Sequence record: LR756502.1
Strand: one strand, 5' to 3'
Length of the DNA: 64,000 bases
A program made the translations under genes and the position numbers. Positions 28,077 through 37,492 of this stretch are shown here, one piece after another (within the stretch, counting starts at the first letter, position 1; each line of letters starts with the position of its first letter). The notes under the pieces are model-generated. The model was not told the DNA's origin, did not search any database, and worked only from the letters and a program-made list of their open reading frames with translations.

Positions 28077-29189
28077 TTATTTATTTTTGAATTCTTTTTT
28101 ATCATTTGATATGTAGAACTTATCGAAGTCATAGTATTTATCATAAACTTCTCTAATCTTCTTAAGAGTAACCTTATCTAGAATCTCGTTGACTGTCCAT
28201 CCTTCTGGATTGATCCATTGATTAACATTCTTATATCTTAATATTTCATCTTTTTGCATTCTAACCTTGTAATATTCCTTAACAAGATCAAATCTCTCTT
28301 TTGTTAAATACTTATCTGGATTTGATATTACATCTTTAACACATGCAATAACCTCATCCGCATTCTTATTTGATGTTTGTGTTGATATTGTGTTAAGTCC
28401 TTGACCATTCATTCTTGATTGATAACAACTTACATAGTATACAAGACCTCTTTTTTCTCTAATTTCTTGGTATAATGGTGACATCAATCCTAATGATAAC
28501 ATAGCATTTATGTAGTGTACATATGCGAAGTCCTCTTCAATTACAGGTGATAGAATCGCAATTGAACTTTTATCTTTGAAATCATTATTAAGTTCTAAAT
28601 CTACCTTGTGATTGCCGAATTCAATTTTATTTTCAAATTTCCTAACGGCGAAATCAAGATCATCATTTTTATATTTCTTGTTCTTTGATACATTTATTAT
28701 TTTTGAAGGCTTAGCATATTGTAGCTCAAAGTAGTTAAGACAATCCATATACTTTAGGTTTTCTAGATCACTTCTAAGTCCAATAGGATCATAGTCTTTA
28801 AATAGCTTTCTTGATAGATTTAACATATGTGATTGTGTTTGGTCATTAAAGCAATCCATGTATTCTTCTAATACAATTTTTCTCTCATTCTCGAATTGTT
28901 CTTTAGTCACATTAAATTGACCAAGTAAATCCATAAACTCACCTTTCCATTTGTTTACTTTTTCATCAAGTCCTTGTATATAGAATACAATTTCATTTGA
29001 CGATGTGTACGCATTCCAATCAATACCATCCTTATCAAAGGCTTCTTGTAGATGATCGAAGTTTTTACACATTAAATGTTCCATTAAATGTGATATTCCA
29101 TAAATTCCTGGTTTCTCTAGATTTGTAGATCCCTCATAGATAACGTAGAATCCAGATAAATCAGTTTGTGACTTTAAATTAGTAATCAT
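28077..29189 (-). CDS. M16 family zinc peptidase
   Basis: Inverted zincin GISHLMEHL, NAYTS, ERKIVLEE; C-domain LYQEIREKRGLVY. Confidence 0.9.
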   Translation of the reverse strand: MITNLKSQTDLSGFYVIYEGSTNLEKPGIYGISHLMEHLMCKNFDHLQEAFDKDGIDWNAYTSSNEIVFYIQGLDEKVNKWKGEFMDLLGQFNVTKEQFENERKIVLEEYMDCFNDQTQSHMLNLSRKLFKDYDPIGLRSDLENLKYMDCLNYFELQYAKPSKIINVSKNKKYKNDDLDFAVRKFENKIEFGNHKVDLELNNDFKDKSSIAILSPVIEEDFAYVHYINAMLSLGLMSPLYQEIREKRGLVYYVSCYQSRMNGQGLNTISTQTSNKNADEVIACVKDVISNPDKYLTKERFDLVKEYYKVRMQKDEILRYKNVNQWINPEGWTVNEILDKVTLKKIREVYDKYYDFDKFYISNDKKEFKNK

Positions 29190-29241
29190 ATATAGATATT
29201 ATTAGTTTAGGGTTATATAAAATATGATTGTTTAAGTTTAT

Positions 29242-29272
29242 TTTGTAGATATTTTATTTATCCTTATATTTG
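29242..29272 (+). promoter_or_regulatory. Bacteroidota housekeeping-sigma promoter
   Basis: TTTG 29242-29245, 19-nt spacer, TATATTTG 29265-29272; ATG only 4 nt downstream. Confidence 0.75.
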
Positions 29273-29276
29273 TCTC

Positions 29277-29840
29277 ATGATTTTAGACATATATACCGAT
29301 GCTCGTTCAGAGAACATACCAAATACTAAGCTGAAGAGGAACAAAGAGCTTAAGCAGATTGGTCTGCAAATTTCATCAATTTTTGTTGATGAAAATGATA
29401 ATGAATATAGTTTTGTTGAAGTTACCTCTGTTGATGAGTTGAAGAAAAAGTGGCCAGAGTTTGATAATATTGATTTTAAATCCGACTCTACTTGTGCTGA
29501 GATGTATTCAATTTATAAATCACTGACTGAGATAGTTTGGCTTGATTTTTTTGTTAAGAGAGTTAATATTTATACTGACTCTGAACAGGCATATAAGTTT
29601 ATAAATAAGGTTAGTAAGGATCCAAATGGTGATGTTGGGTTTAGACCATTAACACCAAAGAATAAACTTATATCAAAGATATATTATGATATTTTAGAAA
29701 AAATAGAATCTCTTAGAAAATATAACATTATTGTTGATGTAAGATGGATTAAAGGACATGACGCATGTTATTTCAACCTAAAGGCTGACTATCTATGTAA
29801 AAATACAGGATCTAACCCATTTACTACATTTACTACTTAA
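29277..29840 (+). CDS. rnhA: ribonuclease HI-like protein
   Basis: IYTDA, AEMYSI, YTDSE, WIKGH, NLKAD catalytic pattern. Confidence 0.85.
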   Translation: MILDIYTDARSENIPNTKLKRNKELKQIGLQISSIFVDENDNEYSFVEVTSVDELKKKWPEFDNIDFKSDSTCAEMYSIYKSLTEIVWLDFFVKRVNIYTDSEQAYKFINKVSKDPNGDVGFRPLTPKNKLISKIYYDILEKIESLRKYNIIVDVRWIKGHDACYFNLKADYLCKNTGSNPFTTFTT

Positions 29841-30048
29841 CTACTTTCCCGCAGTTATTGCATATATAGCAACCCTTCTTATCATGATATTCTATATCAC
29901 AAGATAAACAAGTTTCCGGCACATCACTACTTAATATAGTTAGGGTATTTTTAATATCCTTTCCAACTTCTTCTACAAAGTAGTCATCGAAATACCCAAT
30001 ATCACTATCATTATATGATAATTCAAAAGAGCTTGGTTTATCTTTCAT
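29833..30048 (-). CDS. small protein with a C-terminal zinc ribbon
   Basis: CLSC...YICNNCG. Confidence 0.55.
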   Translation of the reverse strand: MKDKPSSFELSYNDSDIGYFDDYFVEEVGKDIKNTLTILSSDVPETCLSCDIEYHDKKGCYICNNCGKVVK

Positions 30049-30064
30049 AGTTATTTTATTATTT

Positions 30065-30595
30065 TTAGTTATTAACACTTAAAGCTTCTATATTATAATC
30101 TAGAAATTTATCAAATCCCCCCTTTTTTATAAACGGTATGTAGAACCTTTTAATATAATTAACAAGTTCTGTGTATGTGATACCATTAAGATCAACTCCT
30201 GGATTCTTTGATGTATCATCTAGAAAAGAAAAGTCATCTAGATAGATGTAAACATCATAGTCATTTGTCTTATTTATCTTTATACCAAATGTTACTCTAT
30301 AGTTTTCTGATTCAACACAAAAAATATAAAACTCATCTTCATCAGTACTTGTATAGACAAAGAAGTTATCTATTTCAATATCACCATCACTTTCTTTAGA
30401 GGCTTTAATAAATGCCCTGAAGAATGGGAAGTGATAGTCTGATATTTTCGTTAGAAAATTACCTATTGTTTCCTTCTGGAAGTCATAGTCAATTTTCTTA
30501 CCAAGATCTTTGAAGTTTCCGGACAAATAGTCAATTTCGTTTTCCGCCTTGATATCAGTTGTATCAAAAAGCTCAAAAAATCTTTTAATTCTCAT
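30065..30595 (-). CDS. putative internal head protein
   Basis: N-terminus MRIKRFFE. Confidence 0.5.
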   Translation of the reverse strand: MRIKRFFELFDTTDIKAENEIDYLSGNFKDLGKKIDYDFQKETIGNFLTKISDYHFPFFRAFIKASKESDGDIEIDNFFVYTSTDEDEFYIFCVESENYRVTFGIKINKTNDYDVYIYLDDFSFLDDTSKNPGVDLNGITYTELVNYIKRFYIPFIKKGGFDKFLDYNIEALSVNN

Positions 30596-30647
30596 AAATT
30601 TGTTTTTTTGATTTATATGTTATATATTTGTATTTCAAAGCGAAATT

Positions 30648-31307
30648 ATGATTAAAGTAGGACTAACTGGTAATAGATTTTCAGGAAAGGATAGAGTTAC
30701 TAAGCTTTTTGGGCAAATTAGTATACCTGTCTTTCATGCTGATATAATTTTAAAATTTATTATCCAATATAACCTTGAGTTTGGTAGAAGAATTAAGTCC
30801 AAAATGGACCCGTCTATATATGATGCCAAAGGTCAGTTAGATCCATCTAAGATAGATAGTGATAAATTCAATCAGATAATTAATATTGTCCAACCAGAGT
30901 TATTCCGAGTATATCAAAAATTCCAATTAAATCAAAAGAACAAAAGCATTTATACAATATTCCATTCTTCTATTTTATTTGAAAGAGATTGGTATAAGGA
31001 TATGGATTTTAATATTAGTGTATTCTCTCCTAGACAGGATAGAATAAAAAGAGCGAAGGATAATACGGATCTTCCAACTGAAATTATATATGACCTTGTT
31101 TCAAAAGAAATGGATGAATTAGATAAAAACAAGTTATCCACATATATAATTCATAACTATGATGACGCTATTGATATTACTAAACAGGTTGATAATATTG
31201 ATCAACAGATAATAGATAGATATCTTAGAAGTGAGCATACCAAAAAGACGGATTCTGTATCAAGTGCTGTTAATAAGAAAATTCAAACAAAAATATATCC
31301 TTTATGA
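30648..31307 (+). CDS. coaE: dephospho-CoA kinase-like protein
   Basis: KVGLTGNRFSGKD P-loop, PVFHAD, ILFE, YIIHN. Confidence 0.8.
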   Translation: MIKVGLTGNRFSGKDRVTKLFGQISIPVFHADIILKFIIQYNLEFGRRIKSKMDPSIYDAKGQLDPSKIDSDKFNQIINIVQPELFRVYQKFQLNQKNKSIYTIFHSSILFERDWYKDMDFNISVFSPRQDRIKRAKDNTDLPTEIIYDLVSKEMDELDKNKLSTYIIHNYDDAIDITKQVDNIDQQIIDRYLRSEHTKKTDSVSSAVNKKIQTKIYPL

Positions 31308-31624
31308 TAAATTTATTTATTCTATTTCTATTAGGTTCACTATTCGGAATTTTTGCTTATATTTACATTCCGAAATTACTGGGTAGGTTTTTTCTTACTA
31401 TTAAGAAAGATTTTATTATTAATTTTACAATAACACACTTCTTCCACCCAACAGAATTGGCTAAAAGGGGTGAGTATGTAAGAGTTAAATCTATGTCAAT
31501 TAAAGTTAGTGCCAATAATGAGAATGATGCTATTGATATAGCAAATGATGTGGTTCATGATAATCTAAAGTTAGAGATTAACTCAATTGAAGAAATAACA
31601 AAAGAGATAAATGGAACAGAATAG
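31304..31624 (+). CDS. hypothetical membrane-anchored protein
   Basis: N-terminal hydrophobic helix. Confidence 0.55.
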   Translation: MINLFILFLLGSLFGIFAYIYIPKLLGRFFLTIKKDFIINFTITHFFHPTELAKRGEYVRVKSMSIKVSANNENDAIDIANDVVHDNLKLEINSIEEITKEINGTE

Positions 31625-32123
31625 GAATAGGAATATAAGAATATCTCAACGTAATACCGAAAATTGTAGATTGGCTTTTGTTAAAAATCTTAAAGATATT
31701 ACTGGATTTGGGTTAAAAGAGGCTAAGGATATCGCTGATAAACTAAATTACTCATTTAACGCTGGTGATAGAATATCAATTACCGTACCGGTCCAATTAT
31801 TAAATGTCCTTGGATCTTCAGACGTTACTACATTAGATTATGATTATTCTATACGAAATTTCACTAGGAAGATTGGTGAGTCTTGTACTGGTAATTATAT
31901 AGTAGATGTTGGAGTTGAGTGGGGTAGAGAGTCAAAATTGCTATCACTTGGTATAGGTTCTGATTCAGATTTCATATCATTCATTAAAAAAATGATTATG
32001 TATAAAAACTCTTCTGATATAGAGGATTTTATTGGTGAGTTGTTGTCTAGTAGAGATAGGGTTGAACTTGAAAAAATTTATAATAAATTAACTGAAAATG
32101 GCAAATGCATTGGTACACTCTAA
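31611..32123 (+). CDS. protein with a ribosomal bL12 (L7/L12) C-terminal-domain-like motif
   Basis: LAFVKNLKDITGFGLKEAKDIAD vs bL12 IAVIKxVRELTGLGLKEAKDLVE; also RESKLLSLGI. Confidence 0.7.
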   Translation: MEQNRNRNIRISQRNTENCRLAFVKNLKDITGFGLKEAKDIADKLNYSFNAGDRISITVPVQLLNVLGSSDVTTLDYDYSIRNFTRKIGESCTGNYIVDVGVEWGRESKLLSLGIGSDSDFISFIKKMIMYKNSSDIEDFIGELLSSRDRVELEKIYNKLTENGKCIGTL

Positions 32124-32493
32124 GTCGTCCGCTCGTAGGTTTGGTGGGACTCCTGATGATTATTTAGAACTACATATTAAAATGGACTGCTCTAAGGCTT
32201 ATGTTGCTGATAACAGACATAGGGCATTAACACACACAAGCTTTTGGATACATGAGGTAATGATACCTATATTTGGATATACTATGAAAAATTCAGATGG
32301 TAAGGATTTTTGTGTAAAAGATGTTTGTGAGCAACATATTCTGGAAGACTTTGGAATGAAGTTTATTCCAACTCCACAAGACTATCTTGAAAATATGTCA
32401 TTTGAGGATTGGATGCAGAATGGTATAAAGGGATGCCCATCATCATTCAAACTAATTAAAGAAAAAGGTAACATTAAAATAAACGCAGACTAA
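32098..32493 (+). CDS. conserved phage protein (DUF6915-like)
   Basis: HSKSSARRFGG.PDDY...HRALTH...HILED motif, recalled by eye. Confidence 0.6.
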   Translation: MANALVHSKSSARRFGGTPDDYLELHIKMDCSKAYVADNRHRALTHTSFWIHEVMIPIFGYTMKNSDGKDFCVKDVCEQHILEDFGMKFIPTPQDYLENMSFEDWMQNGIKGCPSSFKLIKEKGNIKINAD

Positions 32494-32494
32494 T

Positions 32495-33211
32495 ATGATA
32501 GTTATTGCTAAAAAGGGAACAACTAAACTTGTAAAGGGTGCTCGTTACGAAGTTCGTAGCTTATTTAATTCCACCAACAGGTCTAGGACTAACAGAGTAT
32601 ACCTAAAAGGTATTGGTGGTTATGTTGTTGATAATTTCACCACAACTGATGGACAACCACTGCCTAAAATTGATTGGCAGGAAGCTGCTGTTGTTCCTGA
32701 AAAAAGAATTGAATTTGAAGACTTAAAAGTTAACGATATTATTGTTTGTAAGAGTGATAGATATTCAACCTTAATACAAGGGGCTAAATATAGAATTGTT
32801 GATTTGAAATCTACTACCACACAAGCACCCGGTAAAAAATATATACGTACCGCAAAAAAGGTAAAATTTGAAGGATGTAATCGATACTTTGACTACTCTC
32901 ACTATAGGTTCAGAAAACTCACTATTGACGAGTCTCGTGAATTGCAATTATCTTCCGTATTGGATGATGAAGTAAACTCATGTTCTGTTGATGTAAATAT
33001 TAGAAAAATCGATGCTATTGATAATAAAAATGCCACTTTAATAAAGGTATTAGCTAAATCAATTATTGATGTGTATCGTCATGAGTTGGATGTGGTTGAT
33101 TGGGGTTGTCAAAAATCAGGATCCAAATTAAAAATCACAAGAGATGATTATAAAAAATTACTAAAAATGTCTCTAAAAGATATTCTAAATATTATTGAAA
33201 CATCAAATTAA
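32495..33211 (+). CDS. hypothetical protein with two SH3-like repeats and a RxxKI-like motif
   Basis: KLVKGARYEV / TLIQGAKYRI repeats; RELQLSSVL. Confidence 0.6.
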   Translation: MIVIAKKGTTKLVKGARYEVRSLFNSTNRSRTNRVYLKGIGGYVVDNFTTTDGQPLPKIDWQEAAVVPEKRIEFEDLKVNDIIVCKSDRYSTLIQGAKYRIVDLKSTTTQAPGKKYIRTAKKVKFEGCNRYFDYSHYRFRKLTIDESRELQLSSVLDDEVNSCSVDVNIRKIDAIDNKNATLIKVLAKSIIDVYRHELDVVDWGCQKSGSKLKITRDDYKKLLKMSLKDILNIIETSN

Positions 33212-33223
33212 AACAACAAATTA

Positions 33224-33733
33224 ATGAGCGAATTAAATAAAATAATTTTACAAGAGAAATTATCTATTATATCTGAAAAGAATAGTGAGATATTAAAACT
33301 AAAAATGGAATTATTTCAAGAGTCGTCAAAGGTATTTGATGACTTTAGAAAAGAGTTTTTCATCCAATGTCCTGATATAAAATCATTCTCATGGAGTCAA
33401 TATACACCATACTTTAATGATGGTGATACATGTACTTTTAGTGCTAATACTGACTACTTAACTGTAAATGGTGAACATATTGATGACTGTGATTGGTATC
33501 AAGAATACATTGTAACATCATATGGTACCTATGATAGAGATCTAAAAAAGTATGTTGGTAGAGTTGAGATACCAAATTTTAACTATAATAAAACAAATTC
33601 TGATAGTGTTGGTATTATCATTGAATTCCTATCTAAATTTGATAATGATTTCTATATGACTAGATTTGGTGACCACTGTGAAATTACGGTTACTGCTGAC
33701 GGTATAGAGACCGGTGACTATGAACACGATTAA
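33224..33733 (+). CDS. conserved hypothetical phage protein
   Basis: WSQYTPYFNDGDTCTF...FGDH..IT motif. Confidence 0.6.
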   Translation: MSELNKIILQEKLSIISEKNSEILKLKMELFQESSKVFDDFRKEFFIQCPDIKSFSWSQYTPYFNDGDTCTFSANTDYLTVNGEHIDDCDWYQEYIVTSYGTYDRDLKKYVGRVEIPNFNYNKTNSDSVGIIIEFLSKFDNDFYMTRFGDHCEITVTADGIETGDYEHD

Positions 33734-33801
33734 AATTAAATTTTTATAAAAAGGCGTATCCCGAAAAGCCTATCTAGAGTAGGGAAACTAAATTAAATTA
33801 A

Positions 33802-35697
33802 ATGAATAACATTTCAGAGTTTTTATCCTCCTATTGGTGGATTGGTGCTGTCGCAATGGCACTAGTACTTTACAAAGTAATTTTGCGAGTATTTTTTGGA
33901 CTAGTAATTGTTCCTGAGGACAAGATTGGTTTAGTAACAAAGAAGTTCGTGCTTTTTGGAGCAAATAAAGAACTTGGTGGTGGTCGTATCATCGCTACAA
34001 ATGGAGAAGCTGGTTTACAGGCTAAGACTCTTGGTGCTGGATTACACTGGGGTATGTGGGTTTGGCAAATTAGTGTGGATATGCAAGACTTCCTTGTTAT
34101 TCCTGAAGGACACATCGGACTTATCTCATCTAAGGATGGTTCGGTTCCTAAAACTGGTCGTATCTTGGGTCGTACAGTTGATTGTGAGAACTTTCAAGAT
34201 GCTGAGGCATTCTTAAAAAATGGAGGACAGAAAGGTCGTCAATCTTCCTTTATTCCAAATGGTGTTTATAAAATCAATACACATCTATTCGAAGTATCTA
34301 CTGTACCACAAGCTGTTATTCAAGAGAGTATGGTTGGTATTGTAACAACACTTGATGGTGAACCATTAGAGGTTGGACAAATTGCTGGTAAGAATGTTGA
34401 AGGACACAACAACTTCCAAGATTTTGATAAATTCCTTGAAGAAGGTGGTAATCGTGGATTACAACAACAAACAGTTCTTGCTGGTACTTATAACCTAAAC
34501 CCTTGGGCTGTTAGTGTAGAAGAGGTTCAAATGACTGAAATTCAAATTGGACACGTTGGTGTTATAATCTCCTTCGTAGGTGATGAGGGAGTTGATGTAA
34601 CAGGTGCTGGATTCAAACATGGTAACCTTGTTAGTAAAGGTCAAAAGGGTGTTTTGGCTGAACCATTAAACCCTGGTAAGTATGCAATCAATAAATACAC
34701 TACACGTGTAGAGATTGTTCCTACTACAAACTTAGTTCTTAACTGGGCAACTGCTCGTACAGAGTCACATAACCTTGATGCTAAGTTAAGTACAATTACC
34801 GTTCGTTCTAAAGATGGTTTCCCTTTCAACCTAGATGTCTCTCAAATCATTCACATACCAATGACTGAGGCACCTAAAGTAATTGCTAGATTCGGTAATA
34901 TGAATAACCTTGTTTCTCAGGTACTTGAGCCTACAATTGGTAACTATTTCCGTAACTCGGCTCAAGATTCTGATGTTATTGCTTTCTTAACAACACGTAA
35001 AGAACGTCAAATTTCAGCTAAAGAACATATCTCAGCTGTATTAGAAGAGTATAACGTTCATGCTGTTGATACTCTAATTGGTGATATTACACCTCCAGAG
35101 TCATTGATGAAGACACTTACTGATCGTAAAATTGCACAAGAACAAGAGGTAACTTTTGAGACACAAAAGAAAGCAGCTATCTCTCGTCAAGCATATGAGA
35201 AAGAAACTGCAGTTGCTGATATGCAAGCTGAGGTTGTTAAAGCTGACCAAGGAGTTCAAATCTCTGAAAGACACGCTGATGCGGCCGTTAAGAAAGCTAC
35301 AGGTGATGCTCGTTCAGTAAAAATTGAAGCTGAGGCAGCAGCAGAGTCAACTAAGTTAAGAGCTGAGGCAGATGCTACTAAAATAAATGTTGTTGGTAGA
35401 GCTGAGGCTGGTGTTGTCCTTGCAAAAGGAGAGGCTGATGCACAATCATATAAATTAGCTGTTGAAGCGATGGGTCCAGAAAACTTTACTACAATGAAGA
35501 CAATGGAACAAATTGGTAAGAATGGTGTGAAGATTATGCCTGATTTACTTATTAATGGTGGAGGGGCTGATAGTGGTCCTATCAGTGGTCTATTGGGACT
35601 TAAACTTCTTGGTATGATGGAAGATAAGGTTGGTGGTTTATCCAAATCCAAGGACGTGAAAGATATCCCGGTTGTGGATGTTACTAAGAAGAAGTAA
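33802..35697 (+). CDS. SPFH/band-7 flotillin-like membrane protein
   Basis: N-terminal TM helix, VRSKDGFPFNLDVS SPFH core, Ala/Glu-rich coiled coil AEAAAE..KLRAEADA. Confidence 0.88.
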   Translation: MNNISEFLSSYWWIGAVAMALVLYKVILRVFFGLVIVPEDKIGLVTKKFVLFGANKELGGGRIIATNGEAGLQAKTLGAGLHWGMWVWQISVDMQDFLVIPEGHIGLISSKDGSVPKTGRILGRTVDCENFQDAEAFLKNGGQKGRQSSFIPNGVYKINTHLFEVSTVPQAVIQESMVGIVTTLDGEPLEVGQIAGKNVEGHNNFQDFDKFLEEGGNRGLQQQTVLAGTYNLNPWAVSVEEVQMTEIQIGHVGVIISFVGDEGVDVTGAGFKHGNLVSKGQKGVLAEPLNPGKYAINKYTTRVEIVPTTNLVLNWATARTESHNLDAKLSTITVRSKDGFPFNLDVSQIIHIPMTEAPKVIARFGNMNNLVSQVLEPTIGNYFRNSAQDSDVIAFLTTRKERQISAKEHISAVLEEYNVHAVDTLIGDITPPESLMKTLTDRKIAQEQEVTFETQKKAAISRQAYEKETAVADMQAEVVKADQGVQISERHADAAVKKATGDARSVKIEAEAAAESTKLRAEADATKINVVGRAEAGVVLAKGEADAQSYKLAVEAMGPENFTTMKTMEQIGKNGVKIMPDLLINGGGADSGPISGLLGLKLLGMMEDKVGGLSKSKDVKDIPVVDVTKKK

Positions 35698-35719
35698 TAG
35701 TCTTCATCTAAAGAAAATT

Positions 35720-35757
35720 AAACCCTCTGAGTTGGTCACTCAGAGGGTTTTCTTTTT
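35720..35757 (+). terminator. intrinsic terminator
   Basis: 13-bp stem AAACCCTCTGAGT/ACTCAGAGGGTTT followed by TCTTTTT. Confidence 0.88.
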
Positions 35758-35772
35758 TAAATAAATTATCCT

Positions 35773-35780
35773 TATATTTG
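35773..35780 (+). promoter_or_regulatory. Bacteroidota-type -7 element TATATTTG
   Basis: Same TATCCTTATATTTG context as at 23427, 29260 and 48271. Confidence 0.65.
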
Positions 35781-35795
35781 TTAAAATAAGAAGTC

Positions 35796-35957
35796 ATGAT
35801 AGTAGGCAAAATAACAAAAGAGCAAATACTTAATATGGAGAGATCTGTTCGTAGATCAATTGATATTGAGAAAGGTTTTAGACCTATGGCTAATAAGGTT
35901 CATAGAAGCAAGAAATCTTATAATAGACAATCTTATAAGAGAGTTGATGCGATATAA
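35796..35957 (+). CDS. 53-aa basic protein, ArfA-like ribosome-rescue candidate (not in the ORF track)
   Basis: Hand translation MIVGKITKEQILNMERSVRRSIDIEKGFRPMANKVHRSKKSYNRQSYKRVDAI*; first gene after a promoter. Confidence 0.65.
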   Translation: MIVGKITKEQILNMERSVRRSIDIEKGFRPMANKVHRSKKSYNRQSYKRVDAI

Positions 35958-36198
35958 GTGTGGTGATATAGTTATTTGTTCTGAAAATCGTATCGGTGGT
36001 ATCATACTTGACCAGAAACTTGTAATTGGTGATAGTTATGAGGTAGTTTCGTCAATATTAGAGTGGCAAAAAACGGATGTTTTGGAACGTCTTGATGTGT
36101 ACTCTCCTTCCGTTGGAAATCTAATGTATCTACCACATTATTTATTCATACCTATTTCTGTTTATAGAGATTCAAAATTAAATGAAATATTAAAATAA
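35947..36198 (+). CDS. SH3/KOW-like protein with a C-terminal RxxKL motif
   Basis: MRYKCGDIVIC start (preferred over TTG 35860); ends RDSKLNEILK. Confidence 0.6.
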   Translation: MRYKCGDIVICSENRIGGIILDQKLVIGDSYEVVSSILEWQKTDVLERLDVYSPSVGNLMYLPHYLFIPISVYRDSKLNEILK

Positions 36199-36204
36199 TA
36201 TATA
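36196..36204 (+). promoter_or_regulatory. TAATATATA element
   Basis: Exact motif 4 nt before the ATG at 36209. Confidence 0.55.
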
Positions 36205-36208
36205 CTAA

Positions 36209-36949
36209 ATGTACCAAAAGATATATGATTTTTGTAAGGTTAGGAATATTGGAAACGTTTATGAAAACGATCCAGATGAACCAACCCCTCGTGTTAAATT
36301 TCTAATGGATCTACTTACCTCTGAAGGAATTGAGTATGAACTAGATAAATCAACAACAATAAGAACAACACTTTATAATATTATACTTAAGGGTACATCT
36401 AACCGTATGGTTGTTGCTCATCACGATATTAACAATCCAAATATCGACAATGCTAATGATAATTCTTGTTCTGTAATCAATGCGATTATGATTAAGAAAT
36501 TGATGCCATCAATGAATGTTGTTCTTTTAGATGGTGAAGAGTTTGGTGGACTTGGTTCACAAAGAGTATCTGATCAAATAAATGATGGATATTTTGGTGA
36601 TATTGAGTGGGTTCTTAACTTAGAGCTTACTGGTAAAGGTGGTAAATACTTCTTTATTGGTAATTATAAAGGAAGACTGTTTGATCATATTAAGTCAATA
36701 TTTGACTGTCCTGTTGTACATACTCCGTTTAATGACTCTGTAATTTTCAGAAAAAACGGAATTGATTCTTGTGTAATAAACCCATTACCTCCACTTAATG
36801 AGGGTAAATCTAGCGTTAAATATGATGATAAATATTTAGATTATAATATGTTGTTTAATTGTCATTCATCTGTTGATACCGTTGATACTATAGATCCTAA
36901 TGATATGAAAGAGTTTGTTGAGGATATCGTTATGAGCATATTAAAATAA
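36209..36949 (+). CDS. M28 family metallopeptidase
   Basis: VAHHD, NANDNSCSV, DGEEFG, NLELTG and a C-terminal His. Confidence 0.85.
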   Translation: MYQKIYDFCKVRNIGNVYENDPDEPTPRVKFLMDLLTSEGIEYELDKSTTIRTTLYNIILKGTSNRMVVAHHDINNPNIDNANDNSCSVINAIMIKKLMPSMNVVLLDGEEFGGLGSQRVSDQINDGYFGDIEWVLNLELTGKGGKYFFIGNYKGRLFDHIKSIFDCPVVHTPFNDSVIFRKNGIDSCVINPLPPLNEGKSSVKYDDKYLDYNMLFNCHSSVDTVDTIDPNDMKEFVEDIVMSILK

Positions 36950-36959
36950 TATATAATGA

Positions 36960-37139
36960 GTGAGATATATAAGGACATATGAAGAGTTTAGATTCAAAGA
37001 TGAAGTTGAGGTTTTAGAACCTGAGACAAAAGAAATTCTTGTTGATAGACCTGTTGATGATTCATTACTTGGTGTTGATAAAGATTCTTATATTGATTCT
37101 AGTGGTATTATTCATATAAAAAACTGGAATGTTTACTAA
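36960..37139 (+). CDS. 59-aa putative internal head protein (GTG start, not in the ORF track)
   Basis: Hand translation (M)RYIRTYEEFRFKDEVEVLEPE...KNWNVY*; TAATATATA at 36947-36955. Confidence 0.55.
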   Translation: MRYIRTYEEFRFKDEVEVLEPETKEILVDRPVDDSLLGVDKDSYIDSSGIIHIKNWNVY

Positions 37140-37480
37140 AGTTTGTAATTTTCAACCTCATAAACTATCTCCTTTATAATATTTAAGTTTTCAGGTGTTT
37201 CATATTTTTTGTCTCTGAAACCAAATTTACCCATACCACTATATTTTATAAGGTTGTTTGATATATCAAAATTTAACTTAATACCACTATTATAATCATT
37301 AGAGAAATACTGGTTTAGGCTTATTATATTTCTTTTACCAATAATAACTCCTTGTGCAGTAACTATATTGAATCCAATACTATTTAGGTGTTTTGCTATT
37401 TTATTAGCAAGATTCATTAATTTATCATCCACTTCTATTCCAAATATACTTGCCTCATTAAATTTTCTAAGGTGTTTCAT
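37136..37480 (-). CDS. putative internal head protein
   Basis: N-terminus MKHLRKFNE. Confidence 0.6.
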   Translation of the reverse strand: MKHLRKFNEASIFGIEVDDKLMNLANKIAKHLNSIGFNIVTAQGVIIGKRNIISLNQYFSNDYNSGIKLNFDISNNLIKYSGMGKFGFRDKKYETPENLNIIKEIVYEVENYKL

Positions 37481-37492
37481 GGTTTCTTTATT

